A stretch of 64,000 nucleotides of DNA, from NCBI GenBank assembly GCA_003971905.1, contig RSEE01000007.1, forward strand, positions 744,001 through 808,000, in the 5' to 3' direction. The DNA comes from Moniliella sp. 'wahieum' (taxonomy: Eukaryota). A program made the position numbers and the translations under genes. Positions 59,753-64,000 of the stretch are shown here, in pieces (the first letter of the stretch is position 1; each line of letters begins with the position of its first letter). Below the pieces are notes generated by a model. That model was not told the origin of the DNA. It searched no databases and was given only the letters and a program-made list of their open reading frames with translations.

Positions 59753-61343
59753 TCAACACAGGGTACTTATCCCGGTGGCGACGGGGACGACAGGCAAAGT
59801 ATCCAACGCTATTTTTGCTGTGGTGGAGGCCAAGTCGGATGCATGCGACAACCCAGGCGGGGGCTGTTTCGGTGCCATCACGTCGACCAACGCAGTTTGA
59901 AGGCGCAGCAAGCCTTGGGCCAAAGCATCTGGCTCGAGGGAAAACGTGATCCTAAACCAACCGGGACTGGGTGGTGGTAATTGAATCCAGGCGTGATGGC
60001 AACGCCATGGCTGAGGCAATGGGACCAGAGATGCGTCTCGCGTTGCTCGACCGTGCCAGGGCCTTTGGGGAGATAGGCGCTGAGGTTGACCATGACAAAA
60101 TGGCCGGCGTTGGAGGGGATGTATTCCAGGTGTTGATCCAGGCACCACGTTTTGACCGTCTCGTATGCGTCAGAAAGGCGATCTTGGTTGGTCGGATGTA
60201 CCATGGCAAAAAAGTTTCGTCGGTCAAGATGGCACTCCAGAGGCAATCAGCCGGCGAAGCCACCATGTTCAACTTGGCTGTGACCTTGAGCGCGTTGCGC
60301 AACGTCTCGTTGCGGCTTACTAGCGTCCCAACCCTCAACCCATTACTGCCCCAATCCTTGGATGCACTGCTGAGGATCACAATTCGGTCCCCATCCACCC
60401 TTGGACTCCCAATCAATCGACAAGGCCGAAATAAAGGGCTGGGGGGACCGGTTGTCCGAGGTGGGGAAGACGGAAAGCGCGTAGATTCATCAACCACAAG
60501 GAAAAGGTTGTGGCGCTGGGCAAACTGGCCATAGGCCACCAGTGCCGCCTCATCGTAGCACCGTCCCAAGGGGTTGTGCGGGTTGGTCACCATGACCGCG
60601 CGGGCAGGCGTCCCATTCAATGCGCAGGATTGGTACGCCTGCTCAAACCCACGGAGCGCACCTAGACCCGAGAAGGAGGATGCTTCGGCCTCATCATGGT
60701 CTGGGGAAAATACTGCGTGACACTTGACTTGCGACCGCGTGCCTAGATCGGCATCAAAGCCATTGTACAAGGGGGCTGCAGTGAGGAAGGCTTCCCCCGG
60801 GTCCGCCAGGTGTTCTGCAACTTGGTCCAAGTGACTCCCACAGCCTGGACCTGTGATAATGGTTCCGGCCGGACCGGCTCAAATGGACGATAGTAGTCCG
60901 AGTTGTACAGTTTGCACAAGGCATCAAACAGCCGGGAGGAACCAAACAAGGACGTTCCACTAGAAAGGGGGGGTTATCCGCATGTTAGCTGATAGCATAA
61001 TGGAGAAATATACGCAGCACAACGTACTAGGTCAAGTCCGTGGCCTGCATGGCACAGTTGGCGCGCATGTACTTTAGCAAATCTTTGCTCATGAGTGAAT
61101 TGTTGGCAATCGCCATGTTGACAATGCCGTTTGGGTTACTCTCGGCGTCATATGTGTCGGAGAGGATGCGATCAAAGATGCTCCCTAGGAAAGAGGACAG
61201 GGGCAATGTGGCAGGTCAGTGCATTGTTTCTTCCGGCATCACCCACACACGTAACGGCGACGGAGTGTTTTGCTGTACGCACAGAAGGGTGTGACCGATT
61301 GGGCATGCGCTGTGCCTCGACGGGAGAGTTGGGCTGGGCTCAT
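59753..61343 (-). CDS. PLP-dependent class I/II aminotransferase, ACC-synthase-like family
   Basis: NPNGIVNMAIANNSL, LADPGEAFL, TNPHNPLGRCY, VVDE, SKDWGSNGLRVG (PLP lysine), GWFRITF. Confidence 0.88.
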
Positions 61344-62272
61344 TTCTTGCCGTAATAGTATAGGGGTCGGGAGGGTTGGGAAAGAGAGAAGGAGGTGTGC
61401 TTTGGGGGGAGTCGAGCACGCCATCGTTTGGCGTTCGGCCTGTTTATAGCGGCCTGTACACACCCACTGCGTTATCAGTGTGTATCATGCGATCATTACG
61501 GCCACTTCTGTGTTCTCAATGATAACGCGAGGGAATTTGGGATCGGGGCAGAGGAGGGGTAGCATGCAGCATTCTCCGTCGAGGACACGTGGCTAATCAC
61601 ACTTTCATCTGTCCCGCTCGTAGTTCCAGACTACTATACCATCGAGTACAGTCGGGCACTTGTGTGTTCCTCAGCTGGGGCGCTGAGGTTTCAACGTGGA
61701 AGATCATGATCTTCAGGTGGCTCTGTGGATGGCGTGTGGAACACTGCTCTTCTTTCTATGAAAAAGGCCGAGCTAGGGGAAACCAATGTGTGTGCGGCTG
61801 GGCTGGGGACTGTCGGTTGGGGCGTGAAGCTTGAAGATCACTGAGGTGGGCAATGGGGAGGCAGTTGCCTCGCACAATTGATTCACAGTTCTATTGCTCG
61901 TTTCAATTATACTGCCCGACTTGTGTGTGATAAATAGTACTGAACGCGATCCGGCAACTTTAAGGCGAAAACTGGCCGGCAGCCAGTTGTTGTTACATGT
62001 TACCCCCCAGGCCTTGTCCAACTGCACTGATTACTAGACAGCTGCATGTAGCAAGCAAAGCTCAACATGGCATAATCTTCCTCGAAGCGCTAGGCAAAAG
62101 TCATTTTGAGATAACCTGTGGGAACTACCGGATGCTATCGGAGGCACACGAGCTACTATAAATGGACTGGCAGACCTGTTGTGGTGGTGCAGATGGTGTT
62201 GTATCTCTCTCATCGTCACAGGCTGGGGCGTCGTGTTGACAAATGTGTGTTCAGATGAGGGGTATTATTATT

Positions 62273-64000
62273 TTACTTGATCAACGACAACCGCACACGC
62301 GCCCGGGCGATCCCAGTGGGGGAGACAACGACGGGGGCTGGAGAGGGTGCTGAGGATGGGACTGGGGCGAATAGCGTACGCGACAGGCGGGCCCGGGGAA
62401 GGGGTGGTGGGGTGGGCGGACTTGGCATGGTCAGAGGAGGGGGATCTTCCAGCGGTGGCATGTCGTCCGCGTAGTATGGGGCCGTTTGCGACTAATGTGG
62501 GGCATGCAGGATGCTCGCGTGGGTGGAGTTTGCGGCTGCTGTACCAACGGGAGATACTCAGCTAACTCAAAGAGGGGGAGAAGATCCCCATACGTCAAGG
62601 TGAGGTGACGCAGCCTTGTCTCCAACTTGGTGAGGGTGGGGGGTGAAAGCGCGGCCGAGTGCCCCGCCTTGGACGAAAACCAGACTTTGATCAACGGGAC
62701 GAGAGCGGAAAGCACCACCACAAGCAGAAGTCTTCCCGTTGGAGGCTGGTCCAGCATGGATCCAAGCAGATCAACGCCTCGATCCACATGTCCTTGCATC
62801 ACTCTCACCAGCTGAGCTGGGGTAGGGCTTCCGTCTCCGTGTCACCCTCCCAACGAAGGGGAGATGACAGGGCCAGCTCCCACGCCTTAGCTAAGGCAGT
62901 GTAGGCCGATCCCAACTTGCCCCAGGCCGTTATGGCTCGAGTAGGGTGACAGAGCAGATGACCCGTTCCCGTTAGGTCTGGATCCAAGAGAAGCTGGCAC
63001 GCAGCGACAACCAAGGATGCGTGATCTTTTCGACCACAGAGGCGGGGGCCGCCGATGGCTCGTTCCGCACTTGGCGCGAGGAAGACGAGCGCGGAGCCAG
63101 CACTACTCTGCCTGGAACGACAGAGGAAGGGCGATAAGGTGAAGAGTGGCTAGGCGCGTGTTTGTCCAAAGGGCGCGAGACGACGCTAGGATGGGAAGGC
63201 CAGGCAGAGTTTTTCCAGAGGTTTTCAGGACTAAGCCGTTTGCGCTTTGCTGCGCCACACAGGGGCTCCCGGTTGGAGCTGGATGGCCTGGGGAAAGTGG
63301 ACTCTCGAGATCAGGTTCGGAGTCCGGCCCACCCGGAGAGCCCCTCCCATTGTGGGAAGGTCCTTTTCTTTCGGACGTTGGAGGGCGGGCTGGTCCAGCA
63401 AGCCAAGACTAACGCTGCTGCTGCTTTGATTCGATGCCACTGGCGGTACTTGGGGGGGCATAGGCACCGCCACAGGCGAAGGCTCGATTGTTTGATCCGC
63501 TAGCCGCAGGTTGGGATCTGGATCTAGGGCCGAGGCTAGACCGGTCTGGTACCTGGGGGTCGAACCTGGGATGGAGACGATGACATCGACTGGCCCGATC
63601 CGCGAGACATGCTCGGGTCCGCATCGTCTGGTGTGGCTTCAATTCCCGCTAAGACGGGCTGTGGTTGTACTCTGGAGCCGGAAACAGAGAGGGATGTGTC
63701 CCCATCTGGCTCCCGACTGGAGGGGTAGGCTACCAACTGAACGGGTGCGGGTGGGGACTTGGCCGGAAGGACGAACGGGGGCTCTGGCACATGCCGTGCT
63801 AGATCATACTGAACGCCAGCCGGCATCACCATGGATCCTTCCATCCCCGAAGCCGAAAGGGAAATGTTCATCACGGACACTTCAGCTGATCGAGACGGAG
63901 CGCTGGCGGAGCACCCGGGGCCTCCTTGAAGAAGCGCGCTCGGTGAATCCATAGGGTCAAGCGGATGAGAAACTGTGGCGCTCACATTCTCCTCCTCATG
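62273..64000 (-). CDS. Hypothetical protein, 5' end outside window
   Basis: A chain of overlapping minus-strand ORFs with plausible protein composition (helical and Pro/Ser-rich parts); no family recognised. Confidence 0.45.

Overview
This is GC-rich, intron-containing fungal DNA, probably basidiomycete (inferred from gene content, intron style and intron-bearing tRNAs). Many single-base deletions break essential genes, which points to an unpolished long-read assembly, so CDS coordinates are approximate gene spans. 1-35 kb is a dense housekeeping block: MSH5, sulfate permease, F-box protein, ThrRS, BOR1-like transporter, 2-RRM protein, CCT6, CCDC124, eIF2B-epsilon, SmG, inositol 5-phosphatase, CysRS, C8orf82-like, plus tRNA-Val, -Pro and -Gly. 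35.7-45.5 kb is a ~9.8 kb gap with no recognisable gene, flanked by two divergent tiny C-x2-C-x10-C-x2-C zinc-ribbon ORFs with matching start contexts. 46.8-52.1 kb is a complete, young Ty1/copia element (210-bp LTRs, TTCAG target-site duplication). As assembled, its gag and pol are separated by an in-frame UAG, and its primer site matches the anticodon arm of tRNA-Tyr(GUA) rather than a tRNA 3' end; this is the most interesting system in the window. 53-64 kb holds a second F-box paralog, Alb1-like, MIX17, UBC12, an SDR, an ACC-synthase-like PLP enzyme and a truncated unknown gene. Intergenic DNA repeatedly carries short arrays of the form (TGA/TCA + 4-nt palindrome)n.
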